DNA of 64,000 nucleotides from Candidatus Omnitrophota bacterium. GTDB taxonomy: Bacteria > Omnitrophota > Gorgyraeia > Zapsychrales > Zapsychraceae. Shown here piece by piece: positions 30,952 to 40,197 of this stretch. The position numbers were made by a program, and so were the translations under genes. How positions within the stretch are numbered: position 1 is the first letter of the stretch; every line of letters begins with the position of its first letter. The notes under the pieces were generated by a model. It saw only the letters and a program-made list of their open reading frames with translations. It was not told the DNA's origin and did no database searches. Location of the stretch: assembly GCA_018062515.1 (NCBI GenBank), contig JAGOSC010000004.1, positions 9,811-73,810 of the forward strand, given 5' to 3'.

Positions 30952-31317
30952 CTAAGTATTGAGGTATGAGCTGACATAATCGGTGATGCTTTCTGAATCT
31001 CGCCTGGAAATCTCGTTAAAAAAGACAGCGATATTGTGATCATCTTTATCGCCCGAAAATTCTGTGCGGACAACGACACCTCCAGCAGAAATCTGTTTTG
31101 TTAAAACTTTACCATTCTTGCGGACTGGCAGCAAAAGACAAATTTTGAGCTTGGTCATAGGTTCAATATAACGATCAACCTTGCAATAAAGACCCGAACA
31201 GCTCACATTCGCTGTTTCGGTAACAATATCCCCATCATCTTGTGAAATACGGATGGGAATATTGTTAGATAAACGTGGACTATTTCTTTTTTCCTGAGGT
31301 GATTCGTTCGTAACCAA
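30952..31317 (-). CDS. PilZ-domain protein (c-di-GMP receptor family)
   Basis: RNSPR (RxxxR) and NVSCSG (D/NxSxxG) PilZ signatures. 121 aa. Confidence 0.6.
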   Translation of the reverse strand: MVTNESPQEKRNSPRLSNNIPIRISQDDGDIVTETANVSCSGLYCKVDRYIEPMTKLKICLLLPVRKNGKVLTKQISAGGVVVRTEFSGDKDDHNIAVFFNEISRRDSESITDYVSSYLNT

Positions 31318-31379
31318 GGAAACTCCTCGAATAAATTATTATGTAGATCAACTTGTTTGAATTTTCTATAGACTGGAAA

Positions 31380-31556
31380 TTAAGCTTTTGCAGTGGCTGC
31401 TTCAGCCTTTTTTGCTAATTGCGCTTCTTCATATAATTTAAAAGCATTTTTATTAACAAAATACCTTCCATTACGATAATATCTTTTGACACGCTTTAAA
31501 TTGGTGCCGGTCTGCGCGCATTTCTTACTAATATCTTCTTTTTCTGCTTCTGCCAT
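31380..31556 (-). CDS. Small basic protein of 58 aa (hypothetical), between two PilZ genes
   Basis: Not in the ORF track (under 60 aa). Found by reading: ATG preceded by AAAGGAGAG. Protein MAEAEKEDISKKCAQTGTNLKRVKRYYRNGRYFVNKNAFKLYEEAQLAKKAEAATAKA. Same strand and spacing as its neighbours. Confidence 0.5.
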   Translation of the reverse strand: MAEAEKEDISKKCAQTGTNLKRVKRYYRNGRYFVNKNAFKLYEEAQLAKKAEAATAKA

Positions 31557-31599
31557 GATGAATTACTCTCCTTTTAAAGCCACAAGTCAACCCTATGGT

Positions 31600-31938
31600 T
31601 TAATTTTCATGTATTAATTGAATTATTTTTCGTTTTGAATCCATTAAAGAATCCGATTTTGAAAATTCAACTCCGGCTTGATATTGATCCATAAAAGGGA
31701 TCTGGGATATCCAGGAAATTCTTCCGAGATATTCATAATAAGAACCGTCTCTAAGTTGGATGTTCATAAGGATTTCTGTATTAACTGGAATAAATTCGGT
31801 AAGTCTTAGTCTTACACCTGTTTCCGACAAATCATAGGCTGTTGAACCCCTAAAATGGGCAGGATCTTTCAGTTCATATCGAACCGCTTCCCTAAAAACA
31901 ATTCTTTTCGCAACTCGTCGTTCTTCAGTCGTATCCAT
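31600..31938 (-). CDS. PilZ-domain protein
   Basis: RRVAKR (RxxxR) and DLSETG (DxSxxG). 112 aa. Confidence 0.6.
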   Translation of the reverse strand: MDTTEERRVAKRIVFREAVRYELKDPAHFRGSTAYDLSETGVRLRLTEFIPVNTEILMNIQLRDGSYYEYLGRISWISQIPFMDQYQAGVEFSKSDSLMDSKRKIIQLIHEN

Positions 31939-32129
31939 ATGTATAACCTTAATTAATCATAAAATAATTTTCACAATTATAACATAATCTCCTGGACAAA
32001 CAATATTTTTTTTAGCCCGGCTATAAAACCTTTAACTCATTGTTTTTCAATAAATTAAGGGCCTTAGTGCCCCCTAATATTTATAAAACATAGTTTACCA
32101 TTAAGATTCATCATGATATACTTTTTTCA

Positions 32130-32948
32130 ATGTACAAAGAATTTTATCATCTTAAAGAAAATCCATTCAGCATAACCGCCGATCCTGAGTTCTTCTTTTC
32201 CAGCTCGCAGCATAAAGAAGCTATTACCCATTTAATTTATGGAATTCAGCAGAGAAAAGGAATTATTACAATTACCGGCGAAATTGGAACAGGAAAAACA
32301 ACACTTTGCCGTACCATTTTAAGTCAATTAGATGAATCGATTAAAACGGCGCTGATACTGAATCCAAGTTTCTCAGACCTTCAATTATTAAGACTCATCC
32401 TTCAAGACCTAGGCATTAAGTCCAAGGCTCGAAATAAATATGAAATGATTTCGGCTCTGAACGAATTTCTGTTGGTACAGACGAATGCGGGGAATAATGT
32501 GGTTCTTATTATTGACGAGGCACAAAACCTGAATGTGAATCAGCTGGAACAAATTCGGCTTCTTTCCAATCTTGAAACAGAAAAAGAAAAATTACTTCAA
32601 ATCGTTTTAGTCGGCCAGCCAGAACTTATTGAAAAATTAAAACTCAATTCATTAAGGCAGTTGAATCAACGAATCGCCGTAAGGTATCACATACTATCCT
32701 TATCTCAAGATGAAATGAAAGATTATGTGAATTATCGTCTAAACATAGCTAATATTTCCAAATCTGCCGAACATATAATTCAGTTCACTGAAGAAGCATT
32801 AAAAAGTATTTATGACATTTCCGGAGGTACCCCGCGTATGATCAATATTATATGTGATCGTGCTCTTCTCGCCGGGTATGCGGCCGAAACATTTACGATT
32901 GATCAAAATATTATCCATCGATGTTCAAGGGAGGTTGGGCAAAAATGA
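32130..32948 (+). CDS. ExeA/GspA-like AAA ATPase
   Basis: N-terminal MYKEFYHLKENPF (ExeA-type MYxxFFGLxExPF). Walker A GEIGTGKTT, Walker B IIDEAQNL. Confidence 0.7.
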   Translation: MYKEFYHLKENPFSITADPEFFFSSSQHKEAITHLIYGIQQRKGIITITGEIGTGKTTLCRTILSQLDESIKTALILNPSFSDLQLLRLILQDLGIKSKARNKYEMISALNEFLLVQTNAGNNVVLIIDEAQNLNVNQLEQIRLLSNLETEKEKLLQIVLVGQPELIEKLKLNSLRQLNQRIAVRYHILSLSQDEMKDYVNYRLNIANISKSAEHIIQFTEEALKSIYDISGGTPRMINIICDRALLAGYAAETFTIDQNIIHRCSREVGQK

Positions 32949-33472
32949 GTATAATCAATGACGCTTTAAAACGCGCGCAAAAAAATCTCGAAAAAAATGG
33001 GAAAGATACCAAAATGAAAGAACCAGAAAAGATATCCGAACTAACCAAGGACAATCGCCCCAGAACTCATTCGGCCCCCCTTCCTCCTCATATGAGGGAA
33101 ACACCCGAAAAGAAAAAAATGTGGTATGAAACGCCACCTGGTTTATTTTTTGTTTTTCTTTTAATCGTCGCGATACTAATAACAGCCGCTTATTACGTGA
33201 GAAAATATGTGCCTCTAACAGGAGTGACCGGAGACAAGATCAAACGAAATTACATGCCCAAAAAAGTACATAAAACGTATAAACCTGGCGAAGTAGTTTT
33301 AAGCGGAACTTCTCTTGTTAATGGCAATCGACTTGCATTGATTAATGACGGGATTTACGAACCTGGGGATATGGTTGAAGGGTATCAAGTCATAAAAGTT
33401 GAGACTAGCCGAGTAGAATTACAAACTTTAAAAGGTGATACATTAATTCTTAAAATTTCATCACCAGAATAA
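32945..33472 (+). CDS. Single-pass membrane protein, partner of the ExeA-like ATPase (GspB-like)
   Basis: The ATGA stop/start overlap with the upstream gene gives a start at MSIINDALKRAQ. One TM (LFFVFLLIVAILITAAYYV). C-terminal beta-rich domain. Confidence 0.45.
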   Translation: MSIINDALKRAQKNLEKNGKDTKMKEPEKISELTKDNRPRTHSAPLPPHMRETPEKKKMWYETPPGLFFVFLLIVAILITAAYYVRKYVPLTGVTGDKIKRNYMPKKVHKTYKPGEVVLSGTSLVNGNRLALINDGIYEPGDMVEGYQVIKVETSRVELQTLKGDTLILKISSPE

Positions 33473-33492
33473 TCACAATTTCAATCCGGCTT

Positions 33493-34581
33493 CTATTCTA
33501 GATATTTTAGAATGGCAGATTTTATTATATCTGTTGATACATCTTCAGCGACCTTAACTTTTCCAACGTTTGATACCAATACAAAACGATTCTTTCCAGA
33601 AATAAACTTTTTGTCATGAGCCATTAAAGTCAAGATCTTAGTTAATGTCAGATTCTTGGCTTTCTTTGGTAAACCAATTTCTGTTAATAAATGATTGATC
33701 CGGTCAACGGCTGGCGCATCAATCATTTTCATTTGTAGAGAAATATCGGCCGCTATCCGCATGCCAATGGCTATAGCCTGACCATGATCGTACTGTTTAA
33801 ATCCTGCTGCCGCTTCAATCGCATGCCCAACCGTATGCCCAAAATTCAAAATTGTCCGAATTCCTTTCGTCTCTTTTTCATCAGCCAAAACAACATCAGT
33901 TTTAATTTGACTGCACCGGCTAACCATATGCATCAGTACTTTTTCATCGCCTTTAAACACTTTGGAATAGTTCTTCCCGATATAATTAAATAACTTTTTA
34001 TCATCAATGATTCCATATTTTACGGCTTCAGCAAATCCATTTTCAATCTGACGAGTGGGTAAAGTTTTCAAAACAGCAACATCACTGAAAACCATTTTCG
34101 GTTGATGAAAAGCACCCATTAAATTCTTTCCGACCGATAAATCCACGGCAACTTTCCCGCCGATGGAGGAATCAATCTGAGCCAAAAAGGTTGTTGGTAT
34201 TTGTATATAAGGAACTCCTCTTTTATACGTAGCCGCGACAAATCCGGCCAAATCACCAATCACCCCTCCGCCAAAAGCAATAACAAACACTTTCTTTAAA
34301 GTATCATACTTCGCAATTTTCTCGATCAGATCAACAGCGACCTTGGCTGATTTACTTTTTTCGCCGTCGGGAACGATAAGTTCTTTAACCGTGAACCCAT
34401 ATTTTTTTAAACTTTTAATCAGCGTTTTACCGTATAAACGTTGAATCACCGGAGACGTAATTATCACCGCGTCCGTTCCGATATTTAATTTATTTATATG
34501 AAACCCGACGGAAGATAGCGTATTAAAACCAATAAGAATTTTATATGGATTGTCTTTTAAAGCGACATTGATTATTTTCAT
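33493..34581 (-). CDS. aroB: 3-dehydroquinate synthase
   Basis: Rossmann GGGVIGD, metal-site NFGHTVGHAIE. 362 aa. Confidence 0.85.
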   Translation of the reverse strand: MKIINVALKDNPYKILIGFNTLSSVGFHINKLNIGTDAVIITSPVIQRLYGKTLIKSLKKYGFTVKELIVPDGEKSKSAKVAVDLIEKIAKYDTLKKVFVIAFGGGVIGDLAGFVAATYKRGVPYIQIPTTFLAQIDSSIGGKVAVDLSVGKNLMGAFHQPKMVFSDVAVLKTLPTRQIENGFAEAVKYGIIDDKKLFNYIGKNYSKVFKGDEKVLMHMVSRCSQIKTDVVLADEKETKGIRTILNFGHTVGHAIEAAAGFKQYDHGQAIAIGMRIAADISLQMKMIDAPAVDRINHLLTEIGLPKKAKNLTLTKILTLMAHDKKFISGKNRFVLVSNVGKVKVAEDVSTDIIKSAILKYLE

Positions 34582-35216
34582 AAAACTTTAACCCCCAAAA
34601 ATTGAGCACATACGGTCATGATTGGTAAAACTACTTTGGAATATAATCCGAGCGGGAGCAAGGCAAAAACGATTAATATACCAATCGGTTCCAGCCGGCT
34701 ATATAAATTCGCCAGCCTATTCGGCAATAAACCCATAACCAAACGGGATCCATCGAGCGGCGGAATAGGTATCATATTAAATATAGCTAACAATAAATTA
34801 ATGACGACCATATATTCAAGTATTCGTTCGGGAAGGAAACCTAAATCAAAACGTAAAAAAAGGCTCACTAAAATAGCCGTAAAAATATTTATCAATGGTC
34901 CAGCCATACCGACGTAGATGATCCCACGTTTCGGATTTTTTAACCGGCTGAAGTTAACGGGAACTGGTTTCGCCAAAATCAAAGGCATTACAGGACTGCC
35001 CATAAGATGCAAAATAAATAAAAAGATCGGTAAAAGGATCGTTCCGAATAAATCGATATGTTTGATAGGATTTAGCGTCAGGCGTCCCATCATTTTAGCC
35101 GTCGGGTCACCCAGCTTGTTGGCCATCCACCCGTGCGCATACTCATGAATGACGAATGAAAATAAAAGGACCACGAGACAAATGGCCACTTCAATATATT
35201 TTTCATCAATGATCAT
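34578..35216 (-). CDS. Site-2 protease family (M50) membrane metalloprotease
   Basis: HEYAHGWMANKLGD (HExxH). Multi-TM. LDGSRL motif. Overlaps aroB by 4 nt. Confidence 0.7.
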   Translation of the reverse strand: MIIDEKYIEVAICLVVLLFSFVIHEYAHGWMANKLGDPTAKMMGRLTLNPIKHIDLFGTILLPIFLFILHLMGSPVMPLILAKPVPVNFSRLKNPKRGIIYVGMAGPLINIFTAILVSLFLRFDLGFLPERILEYMVVINLLLAIFNMIPIPPLDGSRLVMGLLPNRLANLYSRLEPIGILIVFALLPLGLYSKVVLPIMTVCAQFLGVKVL

Positions 35217-35237
35217 GCGAATTTTTTAAAGATAAAA

Positions 35238-36080
35238 TTAGAGGATTAACTGAATTCGATTAACGACAATGACCGGATACTGAGACGCGCCCGGTTTGAC
35301 ATTTTTTAAGCGGCCTTCAATCTTGACTTTGTAATTAACGAACGGTTGGAGCAATTGACTTAAACCATCAAGATAATAAATTTTTTGCTGATCATCGGTC
35401 AATAAATATGGGTAATCATTAATGCGCATCCCTTTATTGGCCGTCAATGTTCCCTGAAATGATGTTTGGGGTACAGTTCGAGGCGCAGTTCGAGTAACTT
35501 GTTCCGCAGCAGCAGTGGCTGGGGTAACTGGCTTAACCGTTTTAACTGGTACGACCTGAACTGGTGCGGCATCTAATGGCTTCTTTTTAATCTCTTTAGC
35601 CTCATAACTGCTGACATCACTAGACAAAAATTCAACTAAATCCTCAGCAATCCAACCATAACTGTCTTTAATCGGCTGAATCTTATACCATCCTTTGGGC
35701 TGTTCTAAAATGATAACCTGATCACCTTTATTAAGCTGCCCTAAAACAGTAAAATTAACACCCGCTCCAGCTCGAATATTGACCCGATTCGTTGTTATTT
35801 CTCCGACTTCACCATTAATAATCTTGACGAATTCACTGCTGATAAAACTGTTGGCTTGTTGAGGCAAACGGATTTTATACCAACTATAACTTTTGTCGAC
35901 AACAACAACTTGTTCGTCTTGATTGACGCGGCCTAAACTTTCAAAACTTTTATTTTGGCCCGCCCGGATGTGAACAGACTTTTCCTTTATTTTTGCTAAA
36001 AAAGGAAAATTCTGTTGGGCTATAACATTAGAACTTACTAAGATAAAAAATAGAACTAAAGAATTGATTCTGAAGTTCAT
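35238..36080 (-). CDS. Secreted tandem SH3b-domain protein
   Basis: Signal peptide MNFRINSLVLFFILVSSNVIAQQ (start moved to this Met). Two SH3b-like repeats (SWYKIRLP, GWYKIQP). Confidence 0.55.
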   Translation of the reverse strand: MNFRINSLVLFFILVSSNVIAQQNFPFLAKIKEKSVHIRAGQNKSFESLGRVNQDEQVVVVDKSYSWYKIRLPQQANSFISSEFVKIINGEVGEITTNRVNIRAGAGVNFTVLGQLNKGDQVIILEQPKGWYKIQPIKDSYGWIAEDLVEFLSSDVSSYEAKEIKKKPLDAAPVQVVPVKTVKPVTPATAAAEQVTRTAPRTVPQTSFQGTLTANKGMRINDYPYLLTDDQQKIYYLDGLSQLLQPFVNYKVKIEGRLKNVKPGASQYPVIVVNRIQLIL

Positions 36081-36117
36081 ACGACGAGGATAAAAACGAA
36101 GGACAATATCCGGAAGG

Positions 36118-36363
36118 TTATTTCTTCGCAGGTGCTTTCTCTTTACCTGTAGGTGCAGCTTTTTCATCAGTTTTCTCTTCTGCCTTCTTTGCTTTCTTAC
36201 CAGCTTTTACTCTGACAATTTTAACTTTAGGCAGACCGATAACTGTTTGTTCATCGCTCCATTGACCCTTTTTCATCATATCTTTAATGCGTTCAATACG
36301 TGTTAATACTGATCTTTGTTGCGCGCCAGCTGAGTCCACTCTAAGTGATCGATGTAATGACAT
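36118..36363 (-). CDS. Small lysine-rich basic protein (hypothetical)
   Basis: 81 aa with a C-terminal KKAKKAEEKTDEKAAPTGKEKAPAKK tail. Tightly packed between the SPOR and SH3b genes. Confidence 0.4.
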   Translation of the reverse strand: MSLHRSLRVDSAGAQQRSVLTRIERIKDMMKKGQWSDEQTVIGLPKVKIVRVKAGKKAKKAEEKTDEKAAPTGKEKAPAKK

Positions 36364-36364
36364 T

Positions 36365-36994
36365 TTAAAATCTCCTTACTAAGCAATCTTTATAACGATT
36401 TTTTAATCGTTCTGAAAATTTTTTCGCCTCTCGATGCTCTAAAAACTTACCGACTACAACAATCGAATGACTTCCTTTCTGTAAAATAGAAGCCTCGAAC
36501 CCTTTTTTCTTGAGATTAAGTTGTTCCTTGGCTGCGCTTTCCTGCTCTTTGAACGAAGCTACTTGGATCGTATATTTAAAATCCTCGATAACTTCCTTTG
36601 GCAGCTCAATATTGACAACTTCGGTCGAACCTTGTTCCGCAGGAATGATTTCTTCCTGGGTAATCGATGTTTCCGTCCCGTCTGTTTGTGCATCTTCAGA
36701 GCGGATGATTATAGCATCATCTTTATTTTTGTCAGCAACTATTTTTTTAAGGGTGACTTCCCCGGGATTTTGGATTTGACCCCTTTTTACGCCTAAGCAG
36801 AATACAACCACATTGGTCAAAACAAACACAATGCAGATGCCGACCAAATGTTCCATCAATACCGTGACTTTTCTGGACTGAAAATTGTTGGCCGGCTGGT
36901 AATCTCGTTTGGCGCCTTCTGGGAAAAGCTCGAATTGTGTATAACTTTTAAATGGCTTAGACATGGAAGCAATTATAATACTAATCTTTATCAA
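36365..36994 (-). CDS. SPOR-domain (septal peptidoglycan-binding) membrane protein
   Basis: One TM. C-terminal SPOR-like YTIQVASFKEQESAAKE...VVVGKF. Confidence 0.55.
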   Translation of the reverse strand: MIKISIIIASMSKPFKSYTQFELFPEGAKRDYQPANNFQSRKVTVLMEHLVGICIVFVLTNVVVFCLGVKRGQIQNPGEVTLKKIVADKNKDDAIIIRSEDAQTDGTETSITQEEIIPAEQGSTEVVNIELPKEVIEDFKYTIQVASFKEQESAAKEQLNLKKKGFEASILQKGSHSIVVVGKFLEHREAKKFSERLKNRYKDCLVRRF

Positions 36995-38057
36995 TAGACA
37001 AGTAATTTCTAAATTTTTTCTGCTTCGTTAAGTTTATGAACGCATCAGCAACTTTCGGATCAAATTGAGACCCGCTGTTAAATTTGACTTCCTTGACGGC
37101 TTCTTGAAAAGATAACTGTTTCTTATATGGACGAGCCGACGTCATAGCCAGAAATGCGTCGACGACGGCGATGATTCTCGCCCCCAAAGGAATCTGTTCT
37201 TTTTTTAGTCCCGACGGATAACCCGTCCCGTCGTACTTTTCATTGTGATATAAAATAATCGGTAAAACAGGTTTTAGAAAATCGACGGGCTTAATCAATT
37301 TCACCGCCCGAGCCGGCTGTTCGCGGATCAGTTTAAATTCTTCCGGCGTCAACTGACTGGACTTTGATAAAACATTATATGGGATATCAATCGCCCCCGC
37401 CTCACGGAGAATACTCGCATAAAATAAATTATTAATTTGTTCCTTAGAAATTTTAAGTTCCTCGCCGAGAGAATGCACAATATTAAAATACGCGGAAGAA
37501 CTTCTTTTTTGTAATACCGAACTGTGTTGGCGCAACAATTCACCAATAAATTTGATACTTTCTAATATTATTTCCTGCTGTTCTTCATGCAATTGTAAAT
37601 TCTTGATGGCCGTTACGGATTGCTCGACGACAACAGATAACATTTCTTTATCGAAATCATTAAATGGACCTTCACCTTTTTTCCGTCGGATGAATATCGC
37701 ACCGACGATCTCATCGGCGACTAAAGGCAGCCCGAGGAGCTGGTCTTCAAATATGGAAAACCCTTTTAAAACTTGCGCTTCTTTTTCCGAAATGTTCATC
37801 AATTCTTTTTTCTTATCAAAAAACATATTGATTTTGTTGTCGAAGACGGCCTTCAGAATGACTTTCTTTTTCTTGGGGTCAAGAACGTAGATCGTCGACG
37901 AGCTGGCCTTAATAAACTGGCACAGCAATCTGGTTAGGCGTAAAACCAATTCTTTTACGTTGTAAGTAGAATTAACCAGCCGGTACACCATGTGTACGGC
38001 GGAAAGGATAAGCTTATACTTTCTTGAATGGATCGAAGAGTTTTTTATGTTCATCAA
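36981..38057 (-). CDS. GAF-domain HD-GYP phosphodiesterase (c-di-GMP)
   Basis: HD...HNEKYDGTGYPSGL HD-GYP signature. N-terminal GAF-like region. Start uncertain (38054, or 37991 to avoid overlapping the dgt-like stop). Confidence 0.7.
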   Translation of the reverse strand: MMNIKNSSIHSRKYKLILSAVHMVYRLVNSTYNVKELVLRLTRLLCQFIKASSSTIYVLDPKKKKVILKAVFDNKINMFFDKKKELMNISEKEAQVLKGFSIFEDQLLGLPLVADEIVGAIFIRRKKGEGPFNDFDKEMLSVVVEQSVTAIKNLQLHEEQQEIILESIKFIGELLRQHSSVLQKRSSSAYFNIVHSLGEELKISKEQINNLFYASILREAGAIDIPYNVLSKSSQLTPEEFKLIREQPARAVKLIKPVDFLKPVLPIILYHNEKYDGTGYPSGLKKEQIPLGARIIAVVDAFLAMTSARPYKKQLSFQEAVKEVKFNSGSQFDPKVADAFINLTKQKKFRNYLSIDKD

Positions 38058-39243
38058 ACGCGGACCTATCTGTCATCCCGGCGATATAATTACAAATCGC
38101 GGGAAAAGTTTTCAAATCAAGTTCATTTTTTAACGGCTCAGGTAATTTATCGTAGGTATCATATGGCAGATTGAATGTCTTACTGACTCTGGGCCAAATT
38201 TTATAAGGCAGCTGATCCGGATTACGCTTATAAACATTAAAGATATCCTCAATGATCCGTTTAGCCTTCTCTGTCATCCTGATCACACGATAATGTGAAT
38301 ATAGTTTATCATAAAGTAACTGCTGAAGGGAATCCCTTTGCCGCTTCATCTCCGACGAAAAACCGATGACCGACTCAACAGGATTACCTAAGTGATAATC
38401 CTTAACCTCTTGGGAATTCTTAAAATTTTTCTTCTTTAACATTTCGGTAGAATGCTGCAGTAAATCCTGTGTTTGAATGTCGATGAGAAATTTGACCACC
38501 TGATACTTCAACATTTCTTTATTTTCAGGATCCAATTGGTCATCAATATTTTGATAAGATTCCCGCCAAAGCTGACTCTCCATCAAATCATCTTTGGAAA
38601 TACACCCGGACGTCAAACCATCGTCGATATCATGGGATAAATAGGCCAAAGCATCGGCGACATCAACCACTTTTGCCTCCAACGTTGGACCAATATTCTG
38701 ATATTTTTCTAATTCACCTTTGATGTCATAGGATGTTTCATGTTTGAGAATTCCCACACGCACTTCTTCAGTTAAATCCAATCCATTAAATTTCGGATAC
38801 CTTTTTTCAAAATCCGTTACAATTTTATAACTGCGAAAATTATGATCGAAGCCGCCTTTTCCCGCCATGATCAAATTAAGTGCGTGTTCGCCGGCGTGAC
38901 CAAACGGTGGATGGCCTAAATCATGGGCCAAAGCAATAGCCTCGATTAAATCTTCATTTAAACGTAAACATCGTCCAATGGTCCGGGCAATTTGAGCTAC
39001 TTCAATGGTATGGGTTAGGCGCGTGCGATAATAATCACCCTCGAGAATGACAAAAACTTGTGTTTTATATTCGAGTTTACGGAAAGCCTCGGAGTGGACA
39101 ATGCGGTCACGATCACGCTGATAAGCTGTACGCACCGGGTGCTGAGAATTGTCGTGCTCCCGCCCGCGTGAATCCCTGCTTTTCATCGCGTAGGGAGCCA
39201 AAATCTTTTCCTCTAAATCTTCAATGTCTTTTCTTGTATTCAT
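38014..39243 (-). CDS. dGTPase-like HD-domain triphosphohydrolase
   Basis: LTHTIEVAQIAR...HDLGHPPFGHAGE (Dgt/SAMHD1-type HD motif). 409 aa. Confidence 0.75.
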   Translation of the reverse strand: MNTRKDIEDLEEKILAPYAMKSRDSRGREHDNSQHPVRTAYQRDRDRIVHSEAFRKLEYKTQVFVILEGDYYRTRLTHTIEVAQIARTIGRCLRLNEDLIEAIALAHDLGHPPFGHAGEHALNLIMAGKGGFDHNFRSYKIVTDFEKRYPKFNGLDLTEEVRVGILKHETSYDIKGELEKYQNIGPTLEAKVVDVADALAYLSHDIDDGLTSGCISKDDLMESQLWRESYQNIDDQLDPENKEMLKYQVVKFLIDIQTQDLLQHSTEMLKKKNFKNSQEVKDYHLGNPVESVIGFSSEMKRQRDSLQQLLYDKLYSHYRVIRMTEKAKRIIEDIFNVYKRNPDQLPYKIWPRVSKTFNLPYDTYDKLPEPLKNELDLKTFPAICNYIAGMTDRSAFDEHKKLFDPFKKV

Positions 39244-39718
39244 CGACGAGTTGCTTATGGACTTCAGTTAGTGATTGCGAAATGACTTTGGTATCCGCCG
39301 TGACCGGCATAAAATTGACATCGCCCCGCCAGCGCGGAACAACATGTATATGAACGTGGCCGGGAAATCCCGCGCCCGCGTCTTTTCCTAAATTTATCCC
39401 AATATTAAAACCATTAACCTTCATCACTTTTTTTAATAATAATTTTATTTCTTCCAGCAAATTATAAAGATCATCACGTTCATTCTTCTTCAATTTTGAT
39501 GTATCATCGACGTGCCGGTTCGGAATAATCAATACATGGCCATTATTGTACGGATAAATATTCAAAACAGCATACGCATATTCACTTCGGCAAACAACAA
39601 AATTCTTTTTGTCGTCGATCTTTTTCGCATAAATGCGGCAAAACAAACATCCCGTTTGTTTACGGTTGATTTTCTTTACATAAGCCGACCGCCAAGGGGC
39701 CCATAATTTATCCATCAT
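39221..39718 (-). CDS. HIT-family nucleotide hydrolase/transferase
   Basis: LWAPWR N-terminus. HVHIHVVPR histidine triad. Confidence 0.7.
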   Translation of the reverse strand: MMDKLWAPWRSAYVKKINRKQTGCLFCRIYAKKIDDKKNFVVCRSEYAYAVLNIYPYNNGHVLIIPNRHVDDTSKLKKNERDDLYNLLEEIKLLLKKVMKVNGFNIGINLGKDAGAGFPGHVHIHVVPRWRGDVNFMPVTADTKVISQSLTEVHKQLVDEYKKRH

Positions 39719-40197
39719 TATTTAACCTTTATGATTTTGGGAAATATCTTTCGATCTTTTATTTCGATTATTCCGTACGAACAATACGGCGCCGAAACAA
39801 TATCATTCGGGCTTCCCGGATTAAAATAAAGCACTTTCTCGACGGTTTCATTGTATGGTTGATGCGAGTGCCCAAAAATGACGATATCGACTTGATCGGG
39901 ACCAAACTCTTTAACAACATTTTTCAAAACATCTTTTGGCGACCCGGCACCATGCACTAGTCCGATGGAAAACCCTTCACATTTAAAAATCTGTTTCGGA
40001 GGAAGTTTTTTCCGCACTTGAGAATCATCCATATTCCCCTGCACGGCCTTGACTTCAGCAATCGCCTCAAATATTTTAAGGTCCTCGAGGGTACAAAAAT
40101 CACCCGCATGGATAATCAAATCAACTTTTTTAAAATCATCAAGAAGCTGTTTAGGGATTTCTAAGGAATGCGTATCGGAGACAACACCTATTTTCAT
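39718..40197 (-). CDS. YfcE/MJ0936-family metallophosphoesterase
   Basis: MKIGVVSDTHS, GDF, GHSH motifs. Confidence 0.7.
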   Translation of the reverse strand: MKIGVVSDTHSLEIPKQLLDDFKKVDLIIHAGDFCTLEDLKIFEAIAEVKAVQGNMDDSQVRKKLPPKQIFKCEGFSIGLVHGAGSPKDVLKNVVKEFGPDQVDIVIFGHSHQPYNETVEKVLYFNPGSPNDIVSAPYCSYGIIEIKDRKIFPKIIKVK

